Shown here piece after piece: positions 24,675 to 38,839 of a DNA stretch of 64,000 nt. Origin of the DNA: Takakia lepidozioides (lineage: Eukaryota; Plantae; Bryophyta); contig CM060733.1 in assembly GCA_030704615.1 (NCBI GenBank), positions 48,298,001-48,362,000 of the forward strand, given 5' to 3'. A program made the translations under genes and the position numbers. Every line of letters starts with the position of its first letter. Within the stretch, counting starts at the first letter, position 1. The notes under the pieces were generated by a model. It was not told where the DNA came from. It made no database searches and was given only the letters and a program-made list of their open reading frames with translations.

Positions 24675-27600
24675 TGTTGAAATAGATTACTGTAGATTAG
24701 TCATAGTCACAGGTGACAGTCCACCAAGTAGTGACACCAAGTAGAGACCTAGTACTGACAGGTGACAGTGCAGTCCATCGAACCGTCACACAGGTGGCAG
24801 TCTCTAAGCAATAGCATTTTGAATTTGTAGTTGGTTAGATCTCCCACTCTCGGCCTGTATTTAGATGCAGATGACAGACCGCGTTTCTTCTTCTCTTTGA
24901 CAGTATGTGTGCGACATACACTATATTGTGTTTGCTATCGATCTCCTTCATTGTCTTTTGAACCTGTCATGGTGTGATTGTATACTTTTCACTATCTCCC
25001 AGTTTTAGATCTTCAATAGGTTATGGGCCCACACAGAGCTTTAGTGTTGCGTGATTAAAGTCTAGCAAAGATGAGTACTAATGAGAACCGAGATCGAGAG
25101 ACGCCAGGGATAGAAAAGTTCACGGGAGAGAGTTTCCATTTATGGAAATTTCAGATGGGATTTATACTCAAGGGTAAGGGGTTGTGGAATATTGTGAATG
25201 GCAAGGAAACAAGGAGTGACGCTGCAGATCAAGAAGACGGGCATAGCAAAGATTGCCGAGCGGTGATGTTGTTGTTCAGTGCAGTAGACAAACATCACAT
25301 GGAGCAATTGTTGAATTAAACCACGTCAGCAGAAATGTGGAACATGCTCAAGAGTGTGCATGAGCAGTTGCAGAAGATAATGTAACTCATCTGTAGGAGA
25401 AATTCTTTAGATGCCAAATGAAAGAGAGTGATTTTATTAGTACGTTTGTGAGTACTATGTTTGCTCTTAGACGTCAGTTGTGCGATCTTGGTGAAGTAGT
25501 AAGCGAGAGACAATTGATGACAAAAATTAAGGTAGGCCTCCCTCCAAGTTATGAGCCTTTCTTACTAGCGTGGGATAGTGTACCCCAAACAGAGCAAACC
25601 TTCCAGGCTTTTCAGGCAAGGTTCTTAAAGCGAGAGTCGTCATTGAAACTGAAGAGCGGGTTGACTGATGTTGAAGGAGATAAAGCGTTCTTTGCAGGAC
25701 GAACAAGTGGGGTAGCTGGTCAGAAGAGAGAATTGTCAACAGAACAAGGAGCAGAGAGAGCTCAAAGACTTATTGATCTCAAGAAGAGAGCTTCCTGTCA
25801 TAACTGTGGTAGGCCTGGACATTGGTCGATGGAGTGTCCATATCCCAAGAAATCAGAAGATAACTGGAGTGGAAAGAGTCAGGCACATATAGTTGAGGCC
25901 GATGCCTTTGTAACTATAAGATGAGATCGTCACTCAAGAGAATCTTCATGGCGAGACAATTGAGAATGAAAGAATTGTCAGTGAAGTCTCATATGTTCAT
26001 ATCAACAATGAGGAAGCATGGTATGCATACATTACAGCTACTCAGCATATGACTGATAAGAAACATTGGTTTCATACAATGAGGAAAATACAACGGGAGT
26101 AAGAGTGGCCAACGATTGCCTAATCTGGGTGGCAGGAGTGGGAGACATAAAGATAATGTCACTTGTCAATGGTTCTTGGCAAAACGGAGTGATAAAGAAG
26201 GCCTTATATGTGCCAGAGCTTTGGAAGAATTTGTTGTCCGTAGGAGAAATGACGGAGAAAGGCATAATAGCGGTGATTGACAAAACGAGTTGCAAACTTT
26301 ACACTAAGAGTGCAGAAGGCAGATTGATGATGACTGGGGTAAAGGAAGGCCAATTGTGGCATATGCTGATCAAAGTTGTACTTCATACATGTGAGGCAAA
26401 TGCTATTGAAAGCAATGATCTGTCACCAGCCGTTTCATCTATGACTCCAAGCTGTAATGCAGATTCTGCTTCTGAAGAAAAATCATCCAAGGCTGTATTG
26501 AATTTATAGCAATGGCATAATCGCCTTGGTCATGTCAGTCTTGATACCATCAAGAAAATAGGGAGAGAAGGGATTGTCATTGGTCTACAAGTGACAATAA
26601 AAGACACAGAGCCTGTGGTTTGCGCTGGGTGGTAAGAACAGTAGAAAGAGTTTTCCAATTCATGAAGAGAGGGAGAGAGTTAAGGAACTTGGGAAATTCT
26701 ATCATGCATACATTGTGGTCCCATGATTGTGTCGTCTCTAGGGGGAGTGTTGGAGTGTCAAGGTTATAGGATTCTTTATTGCATTAAGTCAAAGAGTGAT
26801 GCTTTTGAGTCCTTCCAGAAATGTGAGTTGGCAACGATATAGTTAAGTTCCGGACAGATAGGGGCGGAGAGTTTACAAGCAAAATGTTTAAGGAATATCT
26901 AGCAGAGGCTGGAATTCGTCATGAACTCACGACACCTTATACGCTTGAGCAAAACGGGGTGTCTGAGAGAGATAACCGGACTATTGTTGAGTGTGCTAGA
27001 TCTATGTTGCATGCAAAAGGTTTAGGTCTGCATTTCTGGGGAGAGGCTGTATCCACAGCCGTTTACATTCTGAACCGAGTAGGAACAACTGTTTAGAAAA
27101 AACAGACACCTTTATAAGCATGGTGTGGACGTGTTCCTGATTTGAGTCATCTAAGAGTTTTTGGAAGCCTAGCTTATGTCTATATTCCTAAGGAGCTTCG
27201 CAAAAAGATGGACTCAAAGAGTTTGGTCTGTACGTTTGTTGGATATTGTGCCAAGTCAAAGGCATATAGACTCTGGAGTCAAGACAAAAAGAGAATCATT
27301 ATCAGCCGTGACGTGATATTTGATGAGGGTGACAATCTCATGAGTCTGCCAATTGACGTCGCAAAGGAGGAGACAGATCAGAGCTGTCTTTTTATTCCAT
27401 TAGTCGGAGATTCTACAATATCTCAACCTGCACAATTTGTTGCACTAGTGGAAGACAATCTTGAAGCGGATGGGAGATGTACCACAACCAGTGGGAGTAC
27501 CCCAAGAAATGGGAGATGTGCAAGAAGCAGTGGGAGTTGCAAACCCTATTGCATCAAAGCCCGGAGTTAATATTCATGTTGACCTTGGAATTGATACAGA

Positions 27601-28370
27601 AGAGAATCATAACCAAGGAGCATCTGGTGTTGAAACAATGCTGCAAGAACAACAAACGCGAAGAGCACCACGACACTATGGTGATTGGGCTACAGATAAA
27701 GGGACACACTCTTCATTTGTGTTTCTTACCGAATCTATCATGCAGGTCCATGGTGAACCAGAGACTTATGAAGAAGCTGTTAAATCAGAATATCATGCGG
27801 AATGGACAGCTGCGATGCATGAAGAATACAATTCACTGCTAAAGAATGGCACAAGGAATTTGGTTGACTTACCGCCCAATCGCAAACCTGTCAATGTAAA
27901 TGGGTGTATAAAATCAAACCCAATCAGGATGGATCAATTCAGCTGTTCAAGGCCAGGGTCGTTGCCAAAGGTTTTACGCAAGAGCATGGAATTGATTATA
28001 GTGAGACTTTTGCGCCAGTCGTTAAGTTTGAGTCTATTCGACCTGTCTTGGCCATAGCAGCGGAGGAGGATATGGAGTTGCTACAGTTCGACATTAAGAC
28101 TGCCTTTCTACATGGGGAACTAAATGAAGAGATATACATGATCCAGCCCAAAGGTTTCGAGCATAAAGGAGCTGAGCACAAGGTCTGCAGATTACTAAAG
28201 AGTATCTATGGTCTCAAGCAGGCTTCCCGCCAATGGAACTTCAAGTTGCATCAATTCTTGGTGAAATATGATCTCAAAGCATGTTCAGCAGATCATTGTG
28301 TATATTATAGTCAAACATCACCGAAGCTGTTTGTCACTATCTTCGTTGATGATGGACTAGCAGGGGCATG
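24675..28370 (+). mobile_element. 5' half of a degenerate Ty1/copia element: LTR 24675-25018, PBS, gag, PR, INT, RT truncated after VDDG
   Basis: LTR TGTTGAA...TTCAATA; gag KFTGESFHLWKFQM and zinc knuckle CHNCGRPGHWSMEC; INT EQNGVSERDNRTIVE; RT FKARVVAKGFTQEHGIDYSETFAPVVK and LYG-type IYGLKQASR; many stops and frameshifts. Confidence 0.92.
25019..25030 (+). other. Primer-binding site of the half-tRNA(iMet) type
   Basis: GGTTATGGGCCC immediately after the LTR, as in Drosophila copia, rather than TGGTATCAGAGC. Confidence 0.8.
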
Positions 28371-29997
28371 ACGAGCAATATTACGAGATAGAGCGCTGTA
28401 GGAGCATTGTTGGAATCTAGTTCACGCTTTCGAGTACAACGACCAACCCATGAATCAACACTGAGTGTCCGGTAAACCAGTTGCTGTCGGCTGTGTGAAA
28501 ACGTCACGGAACTGCCAGCCTGAGTCTCGGATACCCGGGGAGCTGACACCAACAACCTCTTCTTACTGGGTTATGTCCTTTGACAAATTTTCCCTTAATG
28601 AGTGTGCCATATTGACTATTTGCAGGGATGGTCAATGAGTACATCCTGGTCCCTTGCTCTGGATTTCTCTTTGAGTCGATTTTAACCTCACAAATCTGAG
28701 GTTAAGTGGGTGGTAGTTTAACACTTAGGACATGATCCGCAGACTACACTCTCTCCTACCCCGTCATTTTTTCTGCCCCTTGAAGATGTGGAAGCCAAGT
28801 GCTTGTGGGACTAGTAAGTGGGATACTGTCATTTAGAATGACTTTATATGCCTGGGAGACAAACTCTTCTGTGCAGAGTAATCCCAGCATTATTTCACGT
28901 GCAGACAATGTCACACAGACAAAGAAACACCGTAACCTGTAGGGTATTAGCTTTGCGTTTGCTCGGAAGTGCAATAACCAGTGTGACAAAATTGGATCAA
29001 AACTGAGCAGTTCCCCTCTTGGGTTGTCCAGTTTTAGGGATGTGGAGACACAGGCAGAGCTCGCAGTGCAAGACAAGACCTCTCTGTTGGAGTGGTGGGT
29101 ACAAGTGTTTTGGGTGCACGCTTGAGTTTGTGACCAACAAATCACAAGAGAAGGCTCCCAAGTTTGCAGAGGGTTTGGAGGTCGAATTGGAGGAAATTTA
29201 CGCTATCAGCTGGACATGAGGACATTTGATGAGCTTTCTGATGAAGAGGGTCGTTTTGAAGACTCAGATTAACTCCAATCTGGAAGCCATCGTCAACAAG
29301 CTCTAGTTACATGTGGGGTTGACTAAGCTGATTTTGTGTCAGGTGCTTCACAAAGACTAGAAAGTAACTACTTGTTACGAAGTTAGACCTGTGTTCAAGT
29401 GGGTTTATCTCTTCAATGACATATCTGGTGGTGGAAATTGTTAGCTTGTGGCCTTTAGTACACACTTTTCTGCTACGGAGTCAGATATGGCAGACTCTGG
29501 AATCAGGTCTCTGTTCTCATCCACGGGAGTTGCTCAATTCAATGCCTCCTCAACACAAGCGATTCACCTCTCTGTTAGTCTGCAGGTAGTGACAGCTGCG
29601 CCTGGGTCTCCGTTTTTTCATGATATCGTTGGACACCGAAAGTTTTGACTAGGTAGCTCAAGGGTAGAAACGGGATTAGGTTTTGGATTGAAGCTTCTTT
29701 TGCTTAATGTATTAAGCCATACATTCTCAAACTCACTCCAGTGCTATGATACGATCCTTACGTTCCTTTGTTGCAAGATTGAAAGTAAATAAAACCATCT
29801 GTGACTAAGGACTCAGCCCTTAGTTGGTCCTTCAGCGGCACAGAGTGTTGAGTGTTGGTATTTGGCAGTGCATTGAGGTTTCTGGTGTTATTAACATGCT
29901 CTTCTGCCTTCCTATGTCTTCGTCGGCACAGACTGAAGTTGCACCCTGATCTGTATAGGACTCGGGTGTTTCTAGATACATATGCAGGCAATGATTG

Positions 29998-30087
29998 GAT
30001 ATATCAATATATGAAGCATTGACAGGAGATATATCAATATATGAAGCATTGACAGGAGATATATCAATATATGAAGCCTTGATAGGA
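29998..30087. repeat. 30-bp tandem repeat x3
   Basis: gatatatcaatatatgaagcattgacagga repeated three times. Confidence 0.9.
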
Positions 30088-30439
30088 GACGCACTTGGAT
30101 ACATAGGAGATTGCACTTGCACTTAGATGACATTGGACACTTGGGCCACGGACCGACAGGAGAATTATGGAAATATGAACAATTTTGGTCGCTGAAAATT
30201 CAACTAAATTACAAAATTAAATGTTAGAATGACCCTGGAGGGCGCACTTCGGCCTCTGCATAGGAGAAGCACTTGGATACAGGGAAGATAGGGCCTTAAT
30301 ATAGGAGATGCACTTGGATACATAGAAGATTGCACTTAGTCTTAGATCAATTCTTCATAATGAAACAAGCAGTGAGGCTTGATTTTTCGAAGGACTGCCC
30401 GCATGGGGTTTGGTTCGGGTCACTTTACACTAGGATATC

Positions 30440-30578
30440 TACATAATATATATCTAATTCGCCTTCTAAAGGAAGCATAAATTATGGTGTCTCTTGACCC
30501 CGTCCGGCTAGGTGGCCGGCTAGGTGGGAAGCGGGACTCACTTGTGACTTCAATCAGTGGATTGAACCCACAACCACA
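30440..30578 (-). mobile_element. 5'-truncated copy of the tRNA-headed SINE-like family
   Basis: Minus strand gtggttgtgggttcaatccac ... gggtcaagagacaccataatt matches the 1380-1612 copy. Confidence 0.5.
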
Positions 30579-31239
30579 TTGCAGACCAATTGCAGACCTC
30601 CATTTCTTCTGTTGCAAGAGAACTGAAGGCAAGACTTCAAAGTATGGAAGCAGGTCACTCCATATCTTACATTGGAATTATTAGACTGACGTCAAACGGT
30701 AGGATCACTTTTGATCCTAACTTCCACCACTACATCTCTAGCTCACCCATGCACAGCAATCATTGCTGTACAAAGGGAGACTTCAGTAACTTAAGCAGTA
30801 GGAGGACAGATTATCTGTTAAATCCTCATTTTGAAAAAACAGGCCCATCGCTTAAAAGAGGGGAAGGTGAAACTAAGCGCCAGAAGACGGTAGTGGCTTG
30901 AAGGCCAATGTGGAAACCATTTATTGGACTAAGATGGACCACTGGGGCTATCCTAGAAACCCAAGCACTTTTAACTTTGAAAGCCTTGGGGATTAAGACA
31001 AACAAACATAGACACCCACTCACTCTTATTTACCGTCACCCTTGCCTACCAAAGAACGGAAGTGTGTGTGACTGACCAGGTAGCACCACTTGAGCTAAAC
31101 AAACAATAATCCTAGGACATTGAAATCCCCCCCTGTTTTTGGCCTCATCAATGAGGCCCATCTTTGAGAGCCTGCCCAGCCAAGCACATCTAACTTAGGT
31201 GAAATTTCTCAATGTTTTTGCACGTGGCTCCTTCTTCTA

Positions 31240-34200
31240 TTAACTTGAAGGGTTTGAATTGTTGCTTCCAGGCAATGAGACTTCGGCACTGCATACTGGA
31301 CAAACCTGCAGAGATACAACAGCCAACAGACCACAGAAACATCACTTGTCAGTGGACAAGAAGCCCGGTACAGCCCTATTCCATTGTGCCTCTGGTTCCC
31401 ACTGTCAACCTTGCCAATAGTACCCTGACAATCTCACAAACTTACCCACCTTGTTTATTTGTAGCCATTGTTGGATGCAGTCAGAGTGGTACTGATGCTT
31501 GCAAGGAAGCGTCAGCATTGAGTCTCCTTCTTCATATTCGTGCCGACAGATCACACACCTGCATTGAGCAGTGATAAGATTTTCTACAGACTTGAGAACA
31601 GATATTGACTTCTATAATCGGGTTCTCTAATGCATGCTATTTGATACAGAAGTTTGTATGTGCTTTAACTTTTTCTATTTTATTTGTATTCATACGGTGA
31701 TTAGCCTTGGTTTTGTAACCTTGTGCATACTAAACTCAAATGTACAATCGAACATTCAACAATCAAACGCCACAGTAAGAGTTTCCATGGCACTGCCATT
31801 TGATGTGCATGGGGCAGGAGGCCTCTCAAAACAGAGCAGCTAACAAACAATTGCTCCTACTTCAATGCCTACATCAGTCATGTACACCGTTCAAATCTAA
31901 CAGCCTGCAACAGAACTAACGGTATTATATCAGAGACAGGACAAGACCATCTTTTACAGCCTCTTTCCATGAACTGGACGAACTGAGTCCCTGATCGAGC
32001 ATAGGTTCTGGGTCCACATGAACAGGAACGGGTCATCAGGCTCAAGAAAACTACTAATATAATCACCACTGGAAGAGGGAGAGGGGAGGCTTCTCACTGC
32101 TCTTGGCCACAAGTGCTTTCTTGATGATCAGGCACATATGAGGATCCTGGGAGAGCAGCAATTGCTTGAGCAGACAATCCTTTGCTCTCTGTTCCCACTG
32201 CCTCTCCCAATGCCATCAGCTCCTGCATTCAAAGCAAATGGAAGTTTCAGGACAAAAACCCCATGGAAAATGGAACTGTTCCTCCTTTCAGACTGCTAAG
32301 CAAGGAAGAGGTTCAATCATATGGGATAAGCAGAGAGCATAACTTGTGTAAAACCAATCTGTAATAAAATACACAGATCATCTAGACTATGTCTCCATTC
32401 TCAGTGTCCTCTTCTATAACTAGATATCACTCATTAATAGGAAAACCTCAAAACAATGAGCAAATCGGCAACCTCCTGCAACATTCTGTAGATAATTGGT
32501 TTGACCCTCCAATTTTGTAAAAGTCCCACCAAATTATGCAGTCCCTGGTTGCTTGGTTTAGTAACTGCTGACCTCATATGACATGTTATCCGGGTCCACA
32601 TCCTGCCACATGTCCTGCACATCAGAGCAAAGAATCAATTTTGCTTTCAAGAGTCATCATTCTGGCAACCTTCCAAAGAAATACGCTTCCCTCACGTTAA
32701 TGACAATTCATTTCTTGCAAGCATCTTCCGGTCATTTAAAATATACACCGAGTGAGAAGGATCTACAAACACCCCATGACAGCCCCAGGTTCAGAAGTTG
32801 GGGTTGATGGAGAAGTGGATGATGCAGCTGTAGAATGCAGGTGTAATTGGACTAAAACCAACATGGTCTGTAGTGTATCATATATACCTCAATTACTCTG
32901 ATCTTAGACTGGAGATACTAGACTCAAACTAATCCAAATAGACCACCAGCATCTCCTTAACGATGTAAGAAACAGGAGATAGTGAGTGGGGTTAAATCCT
33001 GAGCTATTTCCACTTAACTTTGAAGATAGGATAAAAAGTATTACCTGAGAATCATTGCTGTCACTCTCATAATCTCCTTCAACTGGACACAGGGACAGAA
33101 GACAGTGACTTCAGTGCCAACCTTAAAAAGCAGACTACCACCCCAATCTCTTTTTCTCTCTCAAAACCCCAATACGCAGGGAAACCAAGCAACACGAGAC
33201 AGAAAAAGCAACACCCTGAATTGAAGTGATGTCAGGAATTTAAATAATCACAATGTTCACTCTGAACATGCACATAAAAATACACTACTCACAGTCATGG
33301 ATACCCGCAAGGGCCATCAATTGCGCGGTGGTGTCACGATCCTCCTTGTCTTGCAGTGCCCGTGCAAATGCCTCATCACTATCAAACAGGGATCCATCAA
33401 TGTCTCCCTCTGTGTTGACCCTTCTCTCCACAAGCTCTACTTCCTCTGCATTGTCCTCCTCTTCTTCTTCTTCTTCTTCTTCTTCTTCGCCTTCATCTGC
33501 TTCGTCTTCATCCTCGTCACCAGGTGCCTCAAGGCCATCACCATCATAGTCGTACCTGCCAGAGCCGCTGCCGGAGCTCTCAAACTCACTACCCTCACTG
33601 CCCATGCGCAAGAGCATGTAAGCTCTCTCCTGCAGAGAACAACAAACAAAGATATCCCACATGAATCCTGAATCTGTTTTCAAGTCAAAATCGTCCCCAT
33701 CCGATCCATCCAACCATAAGCTAATTTAACTTCAACAATGCCGCAAAGAATCAACAATCCAATAATCTCCTCTCTCCCTGTGTGTGTATGTGCCCTGCAA
33801 ATCCATTATCTAGCAAACTGACTGTCACATATTAGAAGGTCAGCAAAGCTGCTAACTGACCACCTATTACATGTAAAACCAACTATTCCTTCCAGTGTGT
33901 ACACAATCCAGTGCATGGGTACATGCCACTCAATAAATTGGCATTTTTCATGTAGACAACCATAGACAGCCTGAACTCCTAGTGACATGTTTTCAGACTT
34001 CAGTTTCCATCCATCCATCTATAATGTCCTCCACCCCATATGAGGCCAATACCAATGACTCAAGATCCCTACTCCATTATTTCGCAAATGGCTGTTGTAT
34101 ATTTCAAAGCTGCTCACTGACAAAGCATTCTGACAAAAACTATCAGCATGACCGCTCTTTCTTGTGTGAATACAATCTTATGTTTGTGTTACCCGTCCTT

Positions 34201-35420
34201 CAGCCATTTAATATTCCTCCGGGGAAAAGTTGTTTTACATCACACCTCTTTCAAAGAAGAAGAAAGATACAGCAAGGGATACTTCTACACAATGACAATG
34301 TCACTGTGCCATTGCAATTACAATAGGAGCATAATTTCAATATCCTCTCATACATGACAGAACCTAGGTACTAGAAATGCAAGCCAGGCTACGATGATAT
34401 GTGACAATGGAAAGAGGGAAAAAAATGGATATCATTTAATACACATAGAAAAACCATGGACTCATGCATCTGCTTGCTAAGTTCCCACGCTGCCTTGCTT
34501 TTGGGTATAGTGAGCCTTAAGCTGAAGCAACTACTAGATTACACAAGAACAACTCGTGTGTAACTGACACATGGGTACTCTCTCAGCTAAGTCAAGCCAA
34601 ATCTACAGTCCTGGTTGCTGTTTAAAAGAAAACCCACATTGAAATCGTTAGAGGTCAATGTGTATCCTTCAGAACAGATTGTGAGAATTCCAGAGGTGTC
34701 AACTATGTAAACCATGAGAGGACAAATCCTAGATACGCAAGGCTTCACAGATTCGACTTTGGTACCAAAGAGTTGACCCTACCTCAAATTTGGAAGTTGA
34801 GATATACACATCCTAGAATTTGGATGGATGAAACGACAGAGGAAGAGAGGGAAACCTGTTCCTGAAGGGCTTGTGCAAGGGCAAGGTCAGCAACAACTTC
34901 ACTGCGGCTCATAAACGGTGTCCATTTGCAAGGCCCGGTCCATGGTGATTAGGGTCTTAATCAAAAAACCATTTCGTCTCAAGGGTTAGAAAAGGAGGGA
35001 GGGTCACACATAGAAAGTGCCCAGTATGCCAGGGATCGACATATGGACAGCAAAGAAACAGGTACTCCACAAGTGTAAAACGCTTTCGATTTCCACCCAC
35101 ATCGCAGCCAAGGGCAAATCCAATGCCCAACGAAGACAATGCAACAAGAGATTTGAGACACTTTGGAAAGTGATGTGTGCATTGTAAAGTGAGAGAGAGA
35201 CCTGGTCCTGTAGGGCTTGGGCTAAAGCCAGGTCAGCATCAACTTGATTGAGACTCGTGAAGGGTGTTCGTTTCCCACTAGCAGGGCTGGGATCAGTTGC
35301 TGGAATCTCACTGTTTTCACGGCTATTCCCCCCTACTAATCCATTCTCTGGACTCTCTGTCTGCTCCTTGTTGTTGGTGGCATCCGCACCTGGCACAGGG
35401 TCTGCTGCCTTCTTGTCCAT
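31240..35420 (-). CDS. BBR: BIG BROTHER-related RING-H2 E3 ubiquitin ligase, 311 aa; exons 35420-35202, 33629-33293, 33082-33045, 32614-32573, 32222-32098, 31558-31450, 31305-31240
   Basis: RTPFTSLNQVDADLALAQALQDQERAY, SDEAFARALQ, DVDPDNMSYEELMALGEAVGTESKGLS, and RING CVICRHEYEEGDSMLTLPCKHQYHSDCIQQWLQINKVCPVC. All introns are GT-AG and phases are consistent (936 nt). Confidence 0.93.
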
Positions 35421-38400
35421 TGTGTTTCCTCTTTACTCCACCTAACTTCCCCTAATGAAAAGTTTTGTAGAGGTCTGACAAGAAGACTGCCTATTCTTGT
35501 ATTACGATTGTGCCCGGGCACCCTTCTTTCCTGCACTTTCTTCCTGCTGCTTTTTCTCTTTATAGCCGAGTCGTCCTTCAATTTCTCTAATGCTTTGACC
35601 CTTGATATAGTCCCTGGCATGAGAAGCAATTTGAGCAGCTGACGTAAGGAAATAGCAAATCAAATGGAATATTGATGCAACAGAGGTCGGCAACAAGTGC
35701 GGGCTAGAAGGATTAAGAAACAATCCTATCCCTAATTCTCAGCCTTGCATTTGTGTGATAAACAGGCCACCAATCCCTGATCTGTTCTGCAGAGCTCTCT
35801 GTTTAGTCGTTGAATTGGTGCCAATATTCACAGTCTTATTAAGATAGCGCGTTCGATCACCTCTCACTGCAAACCCGCATCCCCCAATACCTGCTCCGTG
35901 GATCACTCCCCTGATAGCGCATCTAGCAGCATATCAATTTCATGATCCAGTCGCAGATGACAGACATGGAATTACATGCTCCGCAGCAAGACCCTACTTA
36001 TAATTACCCTCCCTACGGCAGGCGGTCATTACTCTAGAGAGAGGGAGATGAAGTGTGAAACTATGCAAGCTCGAATTCAGACAAGATAGAGAACCTTCAG
36101 ACCAAAATAAGGAAGCACCTGATGCGGGCCCCTCTAGCATACACCCAATGATATCTGCAACTGTCAAACGCCCAGATTGCCCATACGAAAGAAAAACTCT
36201 CACTCAAGCCAAAACAACACAAACACGCACGGGGAGGCACCCAGCCACCGACAAGGAGAGGGAAAACCAACAGCCGCAAACCCAAACGCACAAAGACGTT
36301 GAGGTCGGCGCTCAGAAGTGAGGTCCAAAAAGAGGACCTTTGTCGTTCTGTACCCTACCTTTTCTTCTCTCTCCAATCGCTCGCAGGCCGCTATCGTTCT
36401 CGTCACCTACAGTACCGTTCTCAACAGCTCTCAAAACCCTCGCAAATCTGCTATGGCGGAAGCTTGCTCTCTCTCTGTCTGTCTCTCTCGGATCGAGCGA
36501 GAACGCCTGGGCTCTCACCGATCTTGCGCTCTTCTCTTCTGCCTCTCCCACACAGTGAGCACGCCTCTGCACCGACGGAAACTTACCACCCTCACCCAAC
36601 TCACTACTCCAGGTTAATCTATCATTAATTACGCTTTACCCCACCCTACCATTACTTACTCTGGTCATCCAGTCGCCGGAATCGCAGTCCCGCAGGACTT
36701 CATCCGCATCTTTCTCATCCTTTTCATTACTAGAGTTTAATATTAAGCATGATAGCCAATCACAAATCCGAGCGGAATGTCGTAAGTAAATTACTTCCTT
36801 AGAGTAGTTCTTAAAAATAATTTTAATCTAAAATTTAACAAATTGCGTTGAAAAATACAAATTGCATTAAGTCCCTTTCTAAAAATTGTTTTGAAATTTG
36901 AACACGTTTGATGATCATACGAAGTTAAGGGACGGTTCATTTCTGAGATTTACTAATAATAAAAATAAAAAATTCTGTTGAAAATGGATGAATGCGGGTA
37001 ATGTTGGATGACTTCTTCAATGACTAATGGATGGATGACGATGAGGAAGTACGGTGATAAAGAAAGGGTGGCATCACGGGCCTCCACGTGTCGCTTTATA
37101 ACTAATATCATAAACAAGAGAAAAGTCATATTAAAATTGAAATGCAAATTTAAAAAAAAGAAGAAAATTCGAGTGTGGAGGAGACGATGGCAGAGGACGA
37201 TGAGGACCAGGGTGCAGCCTCGCTGCAAGACCGAGGACCTTCGAGTCTTGGTCAATCCCAGGGACTCATACTCCATGCTCCAAACTTTCATGGATGGTTT
37301 TTGGATGTTGGATTCCCAGTGGTATCTAGGGAGCGAGAGCTGACAAAGGATTTCGGAAGTCTCTCCGAAGTCTGACCTGCCAATGAATGCATGTGCACTT
37401 GTCTTTCGAACAAACACCTGGAGGCTGGAAGACTTATGTAAGAAAGACATTGCAGCCTGCAGGCAGACCAGCAAACACAAAAAATATGTACGAGTTATGC
37501 TGGGTTTAAGGTTAGACCTGGGTTTGAAGGAGCTGCCCTAATGACACAGATTTGGTGTAGGCATGAGCAACAATCATTGGACATTCAGAGAAACACTTTG
37601 TTAAGTTAGCCTAACCAGAGTAGAAATTGAGAATGATTATTAGCAGTAGGCAATGGCAGGTAGAGTACCAACAACTCTATTATGTATCAAACTGGCCAAG
37701 TACATCGGGACAGATGATGTTGCCAGCAAGTATTATTGCTTGGGCAACTGCAAGAACAAAGGATTGAAAAACAATGAAGACGTGTACCTCTGGCATAACT
37801 CAAATGTCTGTACTGGGCTCCCAGCATAACTCTGCAATGGAACAATGGGTTGATGCTGGGAATGTTTTCCGAGGAAGGGTAGGTACTGGTGCAGACTGCT
37901 TCCTGAGAGCTGAAAATGAAAAAGAATTGAATGGTATTGTGGGAGTGAACATCTGGCAAGTCAATAGGGCACAAATTCCCGGGCTGCAGAGTAAAGGAAG
38001 ATCGGATGTGGTCGGGGAATCAGACCGCGACAAACCGGGCATTCTATTGCTGTAACAGATACCTTCCCCGAAACCTGTAACTGATAACCTTCGGATCCCT
38101 CCCATGCATGTGCCCATCGCCTATTATAACGTACTCTTCTCTCCCAGCTGTGACGCAACGACGTTTTCGACCACCTCTTCGTCCATGCCAGGAGTGACAA
38201 TCTGCGCTTGGAAGTGACGGGAATAACGTAAAGAGCAGGTGAAGACCACGCTTTCATCAACCTTCTTCACATTCTTGCATAGAAAACTAGATAAGAAGCG
38301 GTAAGATTTGTGTCTGGCAATGAGATTGTTCCAGTTACCTCAGACCCAACACAGCTTTGCAGGGGACAGACGTCACAGACATTCTTGGGTGGTTCTGCTT

Positions 38401-38839
38401 GTAATCAACTTTGGTTGGGCGGACATTGCTGTGTTGCATTACAGTCTTCTACCCTTAAATCGTGAAGAGCGGGAATGAGAGACACAGAGAGACGGATAGA
38501 GATCGATGTGTGTAGGCAGATCCGTCGCTGTACGTGAGAAAATGTCGTTTGGTCAGCATGGTGGGAATATCTTTAGGGGTGGAGCTGTAGAGTTAGTGTC
38601 TTATCCTAGAGGTTTTGCCTTGTTGCCGACTGGCTTTCGAAGTGATGATCATCTTCATTGTCTTCAGAAGCAGGAGTGATATCTTCCCCACAATAAGACG
38701 CGGATTTCACAGGATGAGTCTTTCTCCCTGTGACAACATCCATTACCCACCGATGTCTGCACTATTACGCAATTGTTCGTGCAAAGACGAAGGCAGAGAT
38801 CAATATTTCTTTCTCGGAGAATATTAGACATATGAAGAC

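Noticed and set aside
28371-29700. Possible retroelement or gene remnant after the truncated RT
   Set aside because: No domain could be recognised.
36953-38260. Several ORFs between BBR and the GT gene
   Set aside because: No recognisable motifs or consistent exon structure; partly low complexity.
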